From an uncultured Flavobacteriales bacterium (lineage in GTDB: Bacteria > Bacteroidota > Bacteroidia > Flavobacteriales_G > JALEGO01): a DNA stretch of 49,475 bases. The notes under the pieces were generated by a model that did not search any database, was not told the DNA's origin, and worked only from the letters and a program-made list of their open reading frames with translations. The stretch covers positions 27,942 through 77,416 of the forward strand of contig CAZEIM010000005.1 of assembly GCA_964512145.1 (NCBI GenBank), given 5' to 3'. Of the stretch, positions 40,449 through 49,475 are shown piece after piece. Each line of letters starts with the position of its first letter. The stretch's first letter is position 1. A program made the position numbers and the translations under genes.

Positions 40449-40796
40449 ATGAAAACTCTAATTTTTCAATTGTTTGTAATCGTTTGTTTTATATTTTCTT
40501 CATTTAAAACATATTCACAAAAAATATACTCTGTAAAATACGAAAGTCAAGCCGATATAAAGGTATTTGTTGTGGACTATGAAAGCCAGGCAGATTTATT
40601 GGTATATAAAGTAAAATATGAAAGTCAAGCGGGTAAAAATAATGGAAAGTGGTTCTTTACCGAATATGAAAGTCAAGCCGATAAAAAGATATACTTTGTA
40701 AAATACGAAAGTCAAGCTGAATTAAAGATATATTTTGTAAAGTACGAAAGCCAAGCGGGTTGGAAAAATGAATCGAAACAACATTTGATGTATTAA
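40449..40796 (+). CDS. Small secreted repeat protein (DUF6150-like), six YESQA repeats
   Basis: Signal peptide followed by six ~13-aa KIYFVKYESQAD-type repeats. Confidence 0.75.
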   Translation: MKTLIFQLFVIVCFIFSSFKTYSQKIYSVKYESQADIKVFVVDYESQADLLVYKVKYESQAGKNNGKWFFTEYESQADKKIYFVKYESQAELKIYFVKYESQAGWKNESKQHLMY

Positions 40797-40802
40797 AACT
40801 CA

Positions 40803-41798
40803 TCAAATACTTGAAGCAATTTTTTTAACAACACTTGGTCCTTCATAAATTAAACCAGTATATAGCTGAACCAAATCAGCACCAGCATCTAATTTTTCCT
40901 TGGCATCGGCCACAGAAAATATACCTCCTACACCAATTATAACATATTCTTTCGGTAATAATTTTCTTAAAAAACGAATAATATGAGTGCTTTTATTTTG
41001 CAAGGGTTTACCGCTTAAACCTCCTAAACCAATTTTTTGAAGTAACTTATTATCAGTAACAAGTCCTGTTCTATCAATCGTTGTATTTGTAGCAATTACT
41101 CCGGAAATTTTAGTTTGTTTAATTACCTCAACAATATCTTTTAATTCTTGCTCGTTTAAATCGGGGGCTATTTTTAATAAAATAGGTTTAGATTGTTTTT
41201 TTTGTAATTCTTGTTCTTGTAAACTACTTAATATATGTATTAATGAAGATTTTTCTTGTAAAGCTCTAAGACCTGGTGTGTTTGGAGAGCTAACATTTAC
41301 CACAAAATAATCTACATAAGGAAATAATTTATTAAAGCAAATACAATAATCATTAACTGCTAATTCATTGGGAGTAATTTTATTTTTTCCAATATTGCCT
41401 CCAACAATAATGTGTTTTGGCCTATTTTTTAGCCTCTCAACAATTTTATCTACGCCATCATTATTAAACCCCATGCGGTTAATAATAGCAAGGTCTAAGG
41501 GTAACCTAAACAATCGTGGCAATTCATTACCGGCTTGAGGCAATGGAGTGACCGTACCTATTTCAATAAATCCAAAACCTAATTTTGGCAACCAGTGCAA
41601 CATAGTTGCATTTTTATCAAATCCAGCTGCTAAGCCTACTTTATTAGGAAAAAATAAATTCATATGTTTTTGCGGATTATTCGTTTTTTTTGGGAATGGC
41701 ACAAAAACATACACCAAGCGAGCAACTGAAGCAGTTAAATAATGAGCTGTTTCAGGAGAAAAAAGAAATAAAAAAAAACAAAAAAATTGATATATCAT
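40803..41798 (-). CDS. pyrD: Quinone-dependent dihydroorotate dehydrogenase
   Basis: GLAAGFDK, NRMGFNN, NVSSPNTPGLR, KIAPD, TNTT and GGLSG motifs. Confidence 0.96.
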   Translation of the reverse strand: MIYQFFCFFLFLFSPETAHYLTASVARLVYVFVPFPKKTNNPQKHMNLFFPNKVGLAAGFDKNATMLHWLPKLGFGFIEIGTVTPLPQAGNELPRLFRLPLDLAIINRMGFNNDGVDKIVERLKNRPKHIIVGGNIGKNKITPNELAVNDYCICFNKLFPYVDYFVVNVSSPNTPGLRALQEKSSLIHILSSLQEQELQKKQSKPILLKIAPDLNEQELKDIVEVIKQTKISGVIATNTTIDRTGLVTDNKLLQKIGLGGLSGKPLQNKSTHIIRFLRKLLPKEYVIIGVGGIFSVADAKEKLDAGADLVQLYTGLIYEGPSVVKKIASSI

Positions 41799-41848
41799 AA
41801 TAACAGAAATAAAAATAATGTTAATTTTGAAATTCTTAAAAAAATACC

Positions 41849-43927
41849 ATGAAAAAAATAAATTTATATATTCTAATTACTTTATCAATATACAGCAATA
41901 TTAATGCTCAACAAAATATTCAAAAAGAATCAAAACAACAAGCGGCATTTACTAGAAGCATTTTAACTGAAACAATAGCAGTAGCTGACCAAACGGATGT
42001 ACCATCTACATTAACCGTAATTTGGAATGAAGATTTTGGTGGAGGATTACCATCCGATTGGATAAACTCGGGTACTCCGTCAACTGCATTATGGGAATAC
42101 AGAGGCCCATCCACATCGCCCAATGATACTGTTGGAGGGCAAGGAGGTTGCTCAGATGGAACTCCCATTGAGTCTGCAACAAGATCGAACGGATTTATGA
42201 TTTTTGACTCAAACTTTTTAGATGCCGGATTTAGTAGTTGTGGTACTGGCAATGGAACCGGAACTGCAGCAGCACCTCATACCGGAGTTTTAGAAAGTCC
42301 TATTATAGATTTAAGCTCAACTGTAGGTAAAGGATTAATTTTGTCTTTTCACAGCTTTATGCGAAACTTCCAAGCAAGTGAATATGTTTATATAAGTAAC
42401 GATAGTGGCTTAACATGGACACAAATATGGGCTGATGAAGTTTTTCCAAATGAAGAAAATGACCCGGCTAATAAAGAATTTATAAATATTACACCATGGG
42501 CATCGGGACAGGCAAACGTTAAATTGCGTTTTGTATTTGAAGGCGAGTATTATCAATGGATGATTGATGATATTTCAATTTCAGAAGGCTTACATAATGA
42601 CATGCTCATATCAAAAACATTTATCGATGGGTATGATCTTGTAAAAAGAGAGTACTATTCACGAATTCCCATTGACTTAATTAATTCAGATACATTAACC
42701 CTTACCTCTATTAACTACAATTATGGAAAAAACGATCAACCCAATGTGAAAACTGTATTTGAGGTAAAAAGAGGAGCAACATTTTGCTTTTCTGACACAG
42801 TAACTAATCCATTAGTTGCAAGTGCTGATAGAGATACTGTTTTTTCTGCTGACTTTATGAACACCTGTGATAAAGGAAACCTAGTATTTACCTATAAGGT
42901 ATTATCAGATTCTACTGATAATAATAATGTTAACAACACCATAAACAGAAATATAATCATAACTGACTCTACATTGGCAAGAGATAATCAAACTATACAG
43001 TGGGTGTATACATATAGTACTGATAGAGCTATTGGTATGTATTTTAATATTGAACAAGACATGGTATTGTCTTCCTTCTCCGCTTCTTTGTATAATCCAA
43101 CCGGAAGCGATGCAATTGGCTCATTATTGAATTTTTCATTTTATAGATTTGAAGATGATGGATCATTGACTTTGGTAACTCAAAATGATTTTTATGAAGT
43201 AAAATCGACTGATGTCGTTTCTTCAGCTACATTAAAAACTTTTAGAGTACCCCCTGTAGCTTTAACAAAGGGAGACTATATGGCTGCAATTGAGGTAGTT
43301 TTTGGTTCTTTATATATTCTAACCGAAGCAACATTTGCGCCAAGCGGATATGTACTTAATACAACAAACTTTTACGATCAAACACTTTGGAGAACTGCCA
43401 GTCACCATATTCCACTTATTAGATTAAATTTTAATGCATGTGCCATTTTTAATGTTTTATTTTCGAAAAGTAATCCAAATGGAGGAGATAATGGAACGAT
43501 AACGGCAAACCCCTCTGGAGGAAAAGAACCTTATAGTTATCAATGGGCAACAGGTGATACCACAAAATCCATTAATGGATTATCTAAAGGAGTATATTAT
43601 GTTACAGTAACCGATGCCAATGGATGTAGTAAAACAGACAGTGTAACGTTAGTTGCTGTTGGAATTAACGAAAAATATAATAATTCGAATATACTAGTGT
43701 ACCCTAATCCTTCTGACGAAGTAATTCATATTTCTTCATTAAATACGTTAGATATTATTGAAAAAGTATCTATAATAAATATTGTTGGGCAAGAAGTATT
43801 TACCAATACATTCCGAGAAAATCTTGTGCAAATAAAAAGTTCACAACTGGTAAATGGTATATACAGTATTAAAGTGTATACAGCTGATGGTGGTGTTTCA
43901 ACAAAACAAATAGTAATTAAACACTAA
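41849..43927 (+). CDS. T9SS type A sorting domain protein with MAM/adhesin-like domain and SprB repeat
   Basis: Signal peptide; EDFGGGLP.DW..SPIIDLS..W.IDDI; GGKEPYSYQW..GL..G.Y.VTVTDANGC; VYPNP...GIY..K.....K.IVI; TAATTTTG at 41822-41829. Confidence 0.87.
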   Translation: MKKINLYILITLSIYSNINAQQNIQKESKQQAAFTRSILTETIAVADQTDVPSTLTVIWNEDFGGGLPSDWINSGTPSTALWEYRGPSTSPNDTVGGQGGCSDGTPIESATRSNGFMIFDSNFLDAGFSSCGTGNGTGTAAAPHTGVLESPIIDLSSTVGKGLILSFHSFMRNFQASEYVYISNDSGLTWTQIWADEVFPNEENDPANKEFINITPWASGQANVKLRFVFEGEYYQWMIDDISISEGLHNDMLISKTFIDGYDLVKREYYSRIPIDLINSDTLTLTSINYNYGKNDQPNVKTVFEVKRGATFCFSDTVTNPLVASADRDTVFSADFMNTCDKGNLVFTYKVLSDSTDNNNVNNTINRNIIITDSTLARDNQTIQWVYTYSTDRAIGMYFNIEQDMVLSSFSASLYNPTGSDAIGSLLNFSFYRFEDDGSLTLVTQNDFYEVKSTDVVSSATLKTFRVPPVALTKGDYMAAIEVVFGSLYILTEATFAPSGYVLNTTNFYDQTLWRTASHHIPLIRLNFNACAIFNVLFSKSNPNGGDNGTITANPSGGKEPYSYQWATGDTTKSINGLSKGVYYVTVTDANGCSKTDSVTLVAVGINEKYNNSNILVYPNPSDEVIHISSLNTLDIIEKVSIINIVGQEVFTNTFRENLVQIKSSQLVNGIYSIKVYTADGGVSTKQIVIKH

Positions 43928-44029
43928 TCAATTATAGATATTACTATAAAAAACACACAATTCAAAAGATAAGATTTTAATGTAGTAAATGATTTATTCA
44001 AAAGTTAATGTTGAATTAACAATATATCA

Positions 44030-47000
44030 TTAAATACCATCAACCTCAACTTGTGTGCTATGATGTATTTTTATAAGTATATCTAACGCATTTTGAATGG
44101 TTGCTACATTAGAAATTGTTAAATATAATTTATCAGCTTTTTGTTTTAGTTGCATGTTACGCTGAAGTTGGATATATTTTAATACTTCCTGAAAAACTGG
44201 GGATTTGTAATAGTAGGCATTAGGATTAGAAATAAAATATGCTACTAAATTCTTATTTTTTAAAGTAATTCGTTCAAAACCACTCTTTTTAGCATACCAT
44301 TGTAAACGAACTCCATCCAATAAATTATTTACTTGTTTTGGTAGCGCGCCAAAACGATCGACTAGTCGATTAGAATATTTCTCTAAATCATCTTCATTAT
44401 GAATATCTGATAATTCTTTATAAAGCATTAATCGTTCTGTCACATTATTAATATAATAATCTGGAAATAAAAGTTCTAAATCGGTATCTAATTGACATTC
44501 ATCCACAAAATCTGTCTTTTTTTCCAACTCTTCTTTAAACACTTCTTTAAACTCATCTTCTTTCAATTCTTGTATGGCTTCATGTAATATTTTTTGATAC
44601 GTTTCATATCCCATTTCAGAAATAAAACCAGATTGATCAGCTCCCAATAAATCTCCGGCTCCACGTATATCTAAATCCCTCATAGATATTTGAAATCCGC
44701 TTCCCAAATCGGTAAACTGCTCGATCACTTTTAGTCGTTTTCTGGAATCAGAAGAAATTACTGAAAGAGGGGGCGTTATTAAATAACAGTAAGCCTTTTT
44801 ATTGGATCTCCCCACCCTACCCCTCATTTGATGTAAATCACTTAATCCAAACATATGTGCATCATGAATAATCATAGTATTTGCATTGGGAACATCTAAT
44901 CCTGATTCAACAATAGTGGTAGATATTAATACGTCATAAACTCCATCCATAAATTTTAAAATAATATCTTCCAAATCTTCAGGGTTCATTTGCCCATGAC
45001 CAACAGCAATACTTACTTCGGGACATAATCTTTTTATTAACTGAGCAATATCTTGCAAACTACTTACTCTGTTATGAATAAAAAACACTTGTCCAGACCG
45101 AGATACCTCATGATATATAGCTTTTTGTATTACTTCTTCATTAAATGTATGCAATTCAGTTTGTACAGGCTGACGATTTGGAGGTGGAGTACTAATTACC
45201 GATAAATCTCTGGCACTCATTAATGAAAATTGTAATGTCCTGGGGATAGGTGTAGCTGTTAATGTTAAAGTATCCACATTGGTTTTTATAGTTTTTAACT
45301 TATCCTTTACCCCTACTCCAAATTTATGCTCCTCATCTATAATTAACAACCCTAAATCCTTAAATACAACATCTTTACTAACTAAGCGATGGGTACCAAT
45401 AATAATGTCAATTTTTCCCTCCTTTAATTTATCTAGTGTTTCTTTTTGCTGCTTTACCGATTTAAATCGATTAAGATAATCTACAGTACATGGAAAATCT
45501 TCTAATCTTTTGCTAAACGTTTTATAATGCTGTAAAGTTAATATGGTAGTTGGTGCCAAAACAACTACTTGTTTTCCATCTAAAACTGCCTTAAAAGCGG
45601 CACGAATAGCTACTTCCGTTTTGCCAAAACCAACATCCCCACACACCAACCTATCCATTGGATAAGGTTTTTCCATATCTAGTTTTATGTCTTGGATAGC
45701 TTTTATTTGATCTGGAGTGTCTTCGTAAATAAATGATGATTCTAACTCTGTTTGAAGGTAATTATCCGGTGAAAAAGCAAAACCTTTTACCGTTTTTCGT
45801 TGCGCATATAACTTAATTAAATCAAATGCTACTTGTTTTAATTTCTTTTTTGTGTTTTGCTTTAAACTTTGCCAAGCTTTTGATCCTAACTTATCTAATG
45901 AAGGAGCTTTGCCTTCTTTTCCGGTGTATTTAGCAATTTTATGTAACGAATGTATATTTACGTACAATAAATCATTTTCTTTATATATAATTCGTATTGC
46001 CTCTTGAGTATTTCCGTGAATATTAATTTTTTCAAGTCCATCGTAAACCCCTACCCCATGCTGAATATGGGTAACATAATCCCCTTTTTGTAAATTGATT
46101 AAATCTTTTAAAGAAACTACTTGTTGAGCTTTTTGGTATCCTTCCTTAAGAGTGTACCTATGGTATCTTTCAAAAATTTGATGATCGGTGTAGCATACTA
46201 ATTTAGTATTATGATCTATATACCCTTCGTGCAAAGAGATATTCATGGATGAAAAAAACACTTCTTTTCCAATATTTTCAAATATGGAATATAATCTTTC
46301 AATTTGCTTGGCATTGGAAGAAAACAAAATATTCTTGTAGCCCTTTTTAGTATTTTCATTGAAGTTTTCCATCAACTGATCAAACTTCTTTTTAAATAAA
46401 GGTTGTGGCGTTTGATTAAAAACAAATTGTTCTCGATTAGGAAATAAAGAGGTATTAGAGCTTTCTAAAACATTAAATGAAAAACAAGTGCGTAAAATTT
46501 CATCCGGTGATTGATAATAATTTTCAACATTTACTTTAGAAGTAATAGAGGCGCTGTTTTTAATAGTATATTCTTTCTGAATAATATCATACATAAAGTA
46601 TGAGTCCTTTATATATAAAATACTTTGCGAAGGAATAAACTCAAAAAAAGAACATCTAGATTTTGTCCATTCGCTATGATTAATATCTGGAATTAAAACT
46701 ACCTTCGCTAACTTTTTTACCGAGAGTTGGGTAGAAGTATTAAAGCTTCTAATAGACTCAACCATATCTCCAAAAAATTCAATTCTATATGGGTTTTCAT
46801 CAGCATAAGAAAATACATCTACAATTCCCCCTCTAACAGAGAATTGTCCTGGTTGATAGACAAAATCAACATGTTCAAAACCTAATTCCACTAAAAATTC
46901 AGAGATAAAATCAATCGAATAGTCTTTTTGAATTAATATTTCTAAAGTATTTTGTTGTAAATTTTGTTGTGTAATAACTTTTTCAAAAATAGCTTCAGGA

Positions 47001-47371
47001 TAAGTAACAACAATACATGGAGTGTTTCGAGTATTGATAGCATTTAAAGTTTCGGAACGAGTTAAGTCGTTTGCATGATCTTTTTCATCTGTTAGCCAAG
47101 AATATTTATTAGATGCAGGATAATATAGTATCGATTGCTCTCCTAAAATATTTACTAAATCAGTATAAAAATATGCCGCTTCTTCTGAATCGTTCAAAAT
47201 ACAAACAAAGGTGGTTTGTATTTCTTTAAACAAATTAACAAGTGTTACAGAAAGTCCTGATCCAACTAAGTTTTTAAAATGAATTTTTACATCCTTGTGT
47301 TGATTTAATAATTCAATACAACGATTACTTTGATCAGAAACAGAAAGATTCAAAAACTCCTGAACATTCAT
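44030..47371 (-). CDS. mfd: Transcription-repair coupling factor
   Basis: FSVRGGIVD, HGVG, ETPDQ, GDVGFGKTE, DEEH, TATPIPR, QMRGRVGR and RDLDIRGAG motifs. Confidence 0.98.
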   Translation of the reverse strand: MNVQEFLNLSVSDQSNRCIELLNQHKDVKIHFKNLVGSGLSVTLVNLFKEIQTTFVCILNDSEEAAYFYTDLVNILGEQSILYYPASNKYSWLTDEKDHANDLTRSETLNAINTRNTPCIVVTYPEAIFEKVITQQNLQQNTLEILIQKDYSIDFISEFLVELGFEHVDFVYQPGQFSVRGGIVDVFSYADENPYRIEFFGDMVESIRSFNTSTQLSVKKLAKVVLIPDINHSEWTKSRCSFFEFIPSQSILYIKDSYFMYDIIQKEYTIKNSASITSKVNVENYYQSPDEILRTCFSFNVLESSNTSLFPNREQFVFNQTPQPLFKKKFDQLMENFNENTKKGYKNILFSSNAKQIERLYSIFENIGKEVFFSSMNISLHEGYIDHNTKLVCYTDHQIFERYHRYTLKEGYQKAQQVVSLKDLINLQKGDYVTHIQHGVGVYDGLEKINIHGNTQEAIRIIYKENDLLYVNIHSLHKIAKYTGKEGKAPSLDKLGSKAWQSLKQNTKKKLKQVAFDLIKLYAQRKTVKGFAFSPDNYLQTELESSFIYEDTPDQIKAIQDIKLDMEKPYPMDRLVCGDVGFGKTEVAIRAAFKAVLDGKQVVVLAPTTILTLQHYKTFSKRLEDFPCTVDYLNRFKSVKQQKETLDKLKEGKIDIIIGTHRLVSKDVVFKDLGLLIIDEEHKFGVGVKDKLKTIKTNVDTLTLTATPIPRTLQFSLMSARDLSVISTPPPNRQPVQTELHTFNEEVIQKAIYHEVSRSGQVFFIHNRVSSLQDIAQLIKRLCPEVSIAVGHGQMNPEDLEDIILKFMDGVYDVLISTTIVESGLDVPNANTMIIHDAHMFGLSDLHQMRGRVGRSNKKAYCYLITPPLSVISSDSRKRLKVIEQFTDLGSGFQISMRDLDIRGAGDLLGADQSGFISEMGYETYQKILHEAIQELKEDEFKEVFKEELEKKTDFVDECQLDTDLELLFPDYYINNVTERLMLYKELSDIHNEDDLEKYSNRLVDRFGALPKQVNNLLDGVRLQWYAKKSGFERITLKNKNLVAYFISNPNAYYYKSPVFQEVLKYIQLQRNMQLKQKADKLYLTISNVATIQNALDILIKIHHSTQVEVDGI

Positions 47372-48081
47372 TATCCCTCAAATGAAATAGATATAATAAA
47401 CATACGAGGCTTTAATATTTCGATGGGATTTGAATAACGCGAATTATCTTGAATAAAAACATTATTTAATCCTACGTTATATTTAAACTCTAAACTAAAT
47501 TTATAAAATTCCATAAAAAAATCCATGCCTGTTCCTACAGTATATCCATAGTTATTTCTTTTTGTTTTTATAACAATTTCATCTCCACTGTTTTGTTTAT
47601 TATCTGTTTTTTCTTGGTTTGCCAAATCTAAATTAAAATGTCCTCCAGCAAGCATATATGCAGCAAAATTGTTTACCCTAGCCGATCTAAATTTAAGTAG
47701 TAAAGGAAATTCAATGTACGTAGCTTCAACTTGTTTAGATGTAAAAGAAGGTTGTCCACTTGATTCAAGAATACGATATTGTATCATTCTGGAGGTTAAA
47801 CTTAAACCGGGATTAAATCTAAGTCCACAATACTTTAAAAAATGTAATTCAGAAACCATATTAATATTAAACCCAGGTTGGCGTATTACTTCAATACCTA
47901 AAATATTTTTTTCAATACGGTTATTATGGCGTATAAAATAATCTCCTTGGTTTAAACCCAAACTAAAACCAAAGTGAATTTTTCTTCGATCAAAATTTTC
48001 TAAATTTTTAACCAAATCCCTTTGAGTAAAACCAGAGTGTAAAAAAATAAAACAAAATATTATTCCAAAAAAATTTTTCAT
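47371..48081 (-). CDS. porT: T9SS/gliding motility outer-membrane protein PorT/SprT
   Basis: N.ENFD...IHFGF.LG.N, LRFNPG, EFPLL.KF.S.R.NN and G.G.DF...F.K...E.K motifs; adjacent to ubiE. Confidence 0.8.
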   Translation of the reverse strand: MKNFFGIIFCFIFLHSGFTQRDLVKNLENFDRRKIHFGFSLGLNQGDYFIRHNNRIEKNILGIEVIRQPGFNINMVSELHFLKYCGLRFNPGLSLTSRMIQYRILESSGQPSFTSKQVEATYIEFPLLLKFRSARVNNFAAYMLAGGHFNLDLANQEKTDNKQNSGDEIVIKTKRNNYGYTVGTGMDFFMEFYKFSLEFKYNVGLNNVFIQDNSRYSNPIEILKPRMFIISISFEG

Positions 48082-48806
48082 TTTTTGTATCCTTTATATA
48101 GAGTAGCAATACCAAATGTTAAGGGTGTATATGTAACATGTTGAAAACCATTTTCAGATAAAATATCAGCAAATTTTTCTCCATAAGGAAAGTGCTGAAC
48201 AGACTCGAATAAATATTCGTAGGCTTTTGGATCTTTTGAAATAAGTTTACCAATAAAAGGCATCATATATTTTGAATAGGCTATATATATTGAACGAACA
48301 ATCATGGATTTTGGTATTGAAAACTCTAATACGTAAAAAACACCCCCGGGTTTTAAAACACGAAAAATTTCTTGAATACCTTTTTTTAAGTCCATAAAAT
48401 TTCGTACACCAAACGAAACGGTAACGGCATCAAAAACATGATCATTAAAAGAAAGATTTTCACTATCATCTACCTTTAAATGAATGATATGTTGAAGATT
48501 TTTTTTTGTTTTTTTTTCAACCCCTATTTCTATCATTTTTTCCGAAATATCAATTCCTGTTATCTTAACAGAATTTATTTTTGATAAGGTAATGGCTAAA
48601 TCACCAGTACCTGTTGCAATATCTAAAATAGTAGAAGGTTTATCTTTTTTTAATTCTTTTAAAACTCTGCTCCTCCAATAAACATCAACTCTTCCTGAAA
48701 GTATTCTGTTTAAAAAATCATAGTTTGAGGAGATATTATTAAACATAGTTCTAACCTCATCCTTCTTTGATTTTTCTGTATTATATGGCTTAATAATTGT
48801 TCCCAA
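48078..48806 (-). CDS. ubiE: Demethylmenaquinone methyltransferase UbiE/MenG
   Basis: MF..I...YD.LN, LDIATGTGD, FGVRNF, RVLKPGG..LEFS and AYEYL.ES motifs. Confidence 0.95.
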   Translation of the reverse strand: MGTIIKPYNTEKSKKDEVRTMFNNISSNYDFLNRILSGRVDVYWRSRVLKELKKDKPSTILDIATGTGDLAITLSKINSVKITGIDISEKMIEIGVEKKTKKNLQHIIHLKVDDSENLSFNDHVFDAVTVSFGVRNFMDLKKGIQEIFRVLKPGGVFYVLEFSIPKSMIVRSIYIAYSKYMMPFIGKLISKDPKAYEYLFESVQHFPYGEKFADILSENGFQHVTYTPLTFGIATLYKGYKK

Positions 48807-49475
48807 TGATTTTTAATTTTTTCATTTCTTCTATTAATTCATCTGTATTAATGGTATCTACACCTGGTTTTTCACAAACCAACCCTCCTGCCAAATTTCC
48901 AAGCCATGTAGCTTCTTCTAAACTTAAACCACTAACCATGCCTAATGTTGCAACTGAAATTACCGTATCGCCTGCTCCCGAAACATCCGATATAGATCTA
49001 TTAAATGCATCCAATAACCCATACTGTCGATTATTTTTATAAAATGCGCCTTTACTGGATAATGTTAACAAAATATTCTTAACATCCATTTTAACCATTA
49101 AATCACTGCAAATTTTATTTAAAAAATCCGTTCCAACTATAATAGTTTCTAAACCAAAACCTTCTTTTAATTCTTTTAAATTTGGCTTAAACATATCAAC
49201 ACCCTCATACGCAAAAAAGTTTTTCTTTTTAGGATCTACCGAAATAAATATATGACTATTTTTTGCTAAATCTAAAACATATTTTATAACAGTGGATGTT
49301 AAACAGCCCTTATTGTAATCTTCAAAAATTATTGCATCAGGTTTAATTTGATCTATAACGTCTTTAATTTTTAACAGGAGTATTTCAGAGGTTATTTGAC
49401 TAATTTCCGAAACATCTTCTTCATCAATTCTCAACATCTGTTGTACTCCAGATACTACCCGTGTTTTTACGGTCG
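48790..49475 (-). CDS. PfkB-family kinase (RfaE/HldE domain I, heptose-7-phosphate kinase-like), 5'-truncated by the window edge
   Basis: LRID.E, EDYNKG, VDPK, KPNLKE, DVSGAGDTV and N.AGG.VC...G motifs; frame runs off the window end. Confidence 0.88.
   Translation of the reverse strand, partial: TVKTRVVSGVQQMLRIDEEDVSEISQITSEILLLKIKDVIDQIKPDAIIFEDYNKGCLTSTVIKYVLDLAKNSHIFISVDPKKKNFFAYEGVDMFKPNLKELKEGFGLETIIVGTDFLNKICSDLMVKMDVKNILLTLSSKGAFYKNNRQYGLLDAFNRSISDVSGAGDTVISVATLGMVSGLSLEEATWLGNLAGGLVCEKPGVDTINTDELIEEMKKLKIIGNNY

Noticed and set aside
40525-40760. CRISPR array, suggested by periodic GAAAGTCAAGC repeats
   Set aside because: Repeats are in-frame codons for YESQA with synonymous variation; no cas genes

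Overview
AT-rich Bacteroidota (Flavobacteriales-like) chromosomal window. The lineage is supported by T9SS cargo proteins, porT and repeated TAnnTTTG promoter motifs. Most of it is housekeeping and envelope genes: pfkA, pyc, coaD, uvrB, bioB, nusB, pyrD, mfd, ubiE/menG, a KDN-type nonulosonate cluster, a metal-related HYC_CC_PP/HMA/TonB-receptor cluster and a TlpA-DUF6029-Omp28 cluster. An accessory block of about 8 kb (about 15586-23617) lies between a T9SS cargo gene and coaD. It holds a translationally coupled four-gene operon: an 815-aa protein built from RNA-polymerase-like and other DNA-binding modules, a 60-aa protein resembling the DndC tail, DndD, and a DndE-ATPase fusion (DndEi-like). 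The operon lacks the catalytic dndC and dndA/iscS genes, so it is a candidate variant Dnd-derived defence system. It is flanked by two related GC-rich hairpin elements. It is followed by a BRO-N gene whose upstream palindrome is repeated within its own coding sequence, and by a GxxExxY pseudogene enclosed in 42-bp inverted repeats. All family calls come from motif recognition by eye; no database search was run.
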